A stretch of DNA of 64,000 nt from assembly GCF_902713615.1 (NCBI RefSeq), contig NC_052154.1, forward strand, positions 80,393,072 to 80,457,071. Direction: 5' to 3'. Position 1 is the stretch's first letter. Each line of letters starts with the position of its first letter. This stretch comes from Scyliorhinus canicula. Taxonomy: Eukaryota. The notes beneath the pieces are model-generated. The model was not told the DNA's origin. It worked only from the letters and a program-made list of their open reading frames with translations, and did not search any database. Positions 63,430-64,000 of this stretch are shown in pieces. Both the position numbers and the translations under genes were made by a program.

Positions 63430-64000
63430 GTTTTTGTAAAATGTTTTTATTGGCATTTTTCAATTATACAGAATGATATTTTCAATGAATGGTGTATCTG
63501 GTAGTTACATGTTGTAGAGTTTCTTATTTACATACATATTTCGTATCGTACATTCTTCCTGTCCCCCCTTACCCCCTCACTGCCCCCTCCCTGTCCCCTC
63601 ATCGGTATCCCCCTCTTCCACCCTGGGTGTCCTACTGCTGAGTCCGCTCCTCTTTTCTGTGGCTTCTGTTGTTGACCTCTTTGGTTTATGGGGGGAGGGG
63701 GGTCTTCCTGCCCCCTCCCTCCCTCCCTCCACTTCCCCCATGTTTCTCTCTGTGGCTCCCTTGTGTTCCCTCCTCATCTTCTCCCGCCTTCCCCCTTTGT
63801 ACCTCGACGTTATGCACGTTGTTATCTGTTCTCCCCGTCTCCCCCTCTTTCCCTGTTGGCCTTGAACACATCTTGGAACAGGCTGATGAATGGCCCCCAT
63901 GCTTTGAGGAAGCCCTCATCCGACCCTCGGATGCTTTACTTGATTTTCTCCAGAAGGAGAAATTCTGCCAGGTCTGCCAGCCAGTCTGCTGGGTAGTGCT
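63430..64000 (-). mobile_element. L1/Tx1 LINE 3' end, cut by the window edge
   Basis: ORF2 C-terminal remnant (DWLADLAEFLLLEKIK..IRGSDEGFLKAWGPF) and a tail with AATAAAAA. Confidence 0.8.

Overview
Vertebrate genomic DNA, most likely a cartilaginous fish (catshark-like; inferred from the HE1/V-SINE-type repeats and the CR1/L1 content). Roughly two thirds of the window is transposon-derived. Host genes: (1) the last four coding exons of NUDT21 (CPSF5/CFIm25) on the + strand, at 508-597, 2049-2124, 19244-19358 and 22004-22025; (2) a complete, convergently oriented 8-exon Ig-superfamily receptor gene on the - strand (61560->50361). It runs leader, VJ-type V domain, C1 domain, TM, juxtamembrane exon, then three repeated tyrosine-motif exons, giving 388 aa with six ITIM/ITSM-like motifs and a SIRP-like architecture; (3) downstream of it, an orphan second copy of only the TM plus cytoplasmic exons (41088->25800). 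This copy has no V/C1 exons of its own and carries a premature stop, so it is either a decaying duplicate or an alternative tail-less/decoy cassette. Notable mobile DNA: a TSD-flanked ORF1-only L1 derivative (HAL1-like), two near-full-length L1/Tx1-type elements with TSDs, nested insertions, a solo LTR with a 4-bp TSD, Harbinger relics, and two ~90-bp TSD-flanked inserts carrying a minimal hammerhead ribozyme motif. All exon calls, alignments and family names were made by eye and from memory; no database search was run, and repeat boundaries without TSDs are approximate.
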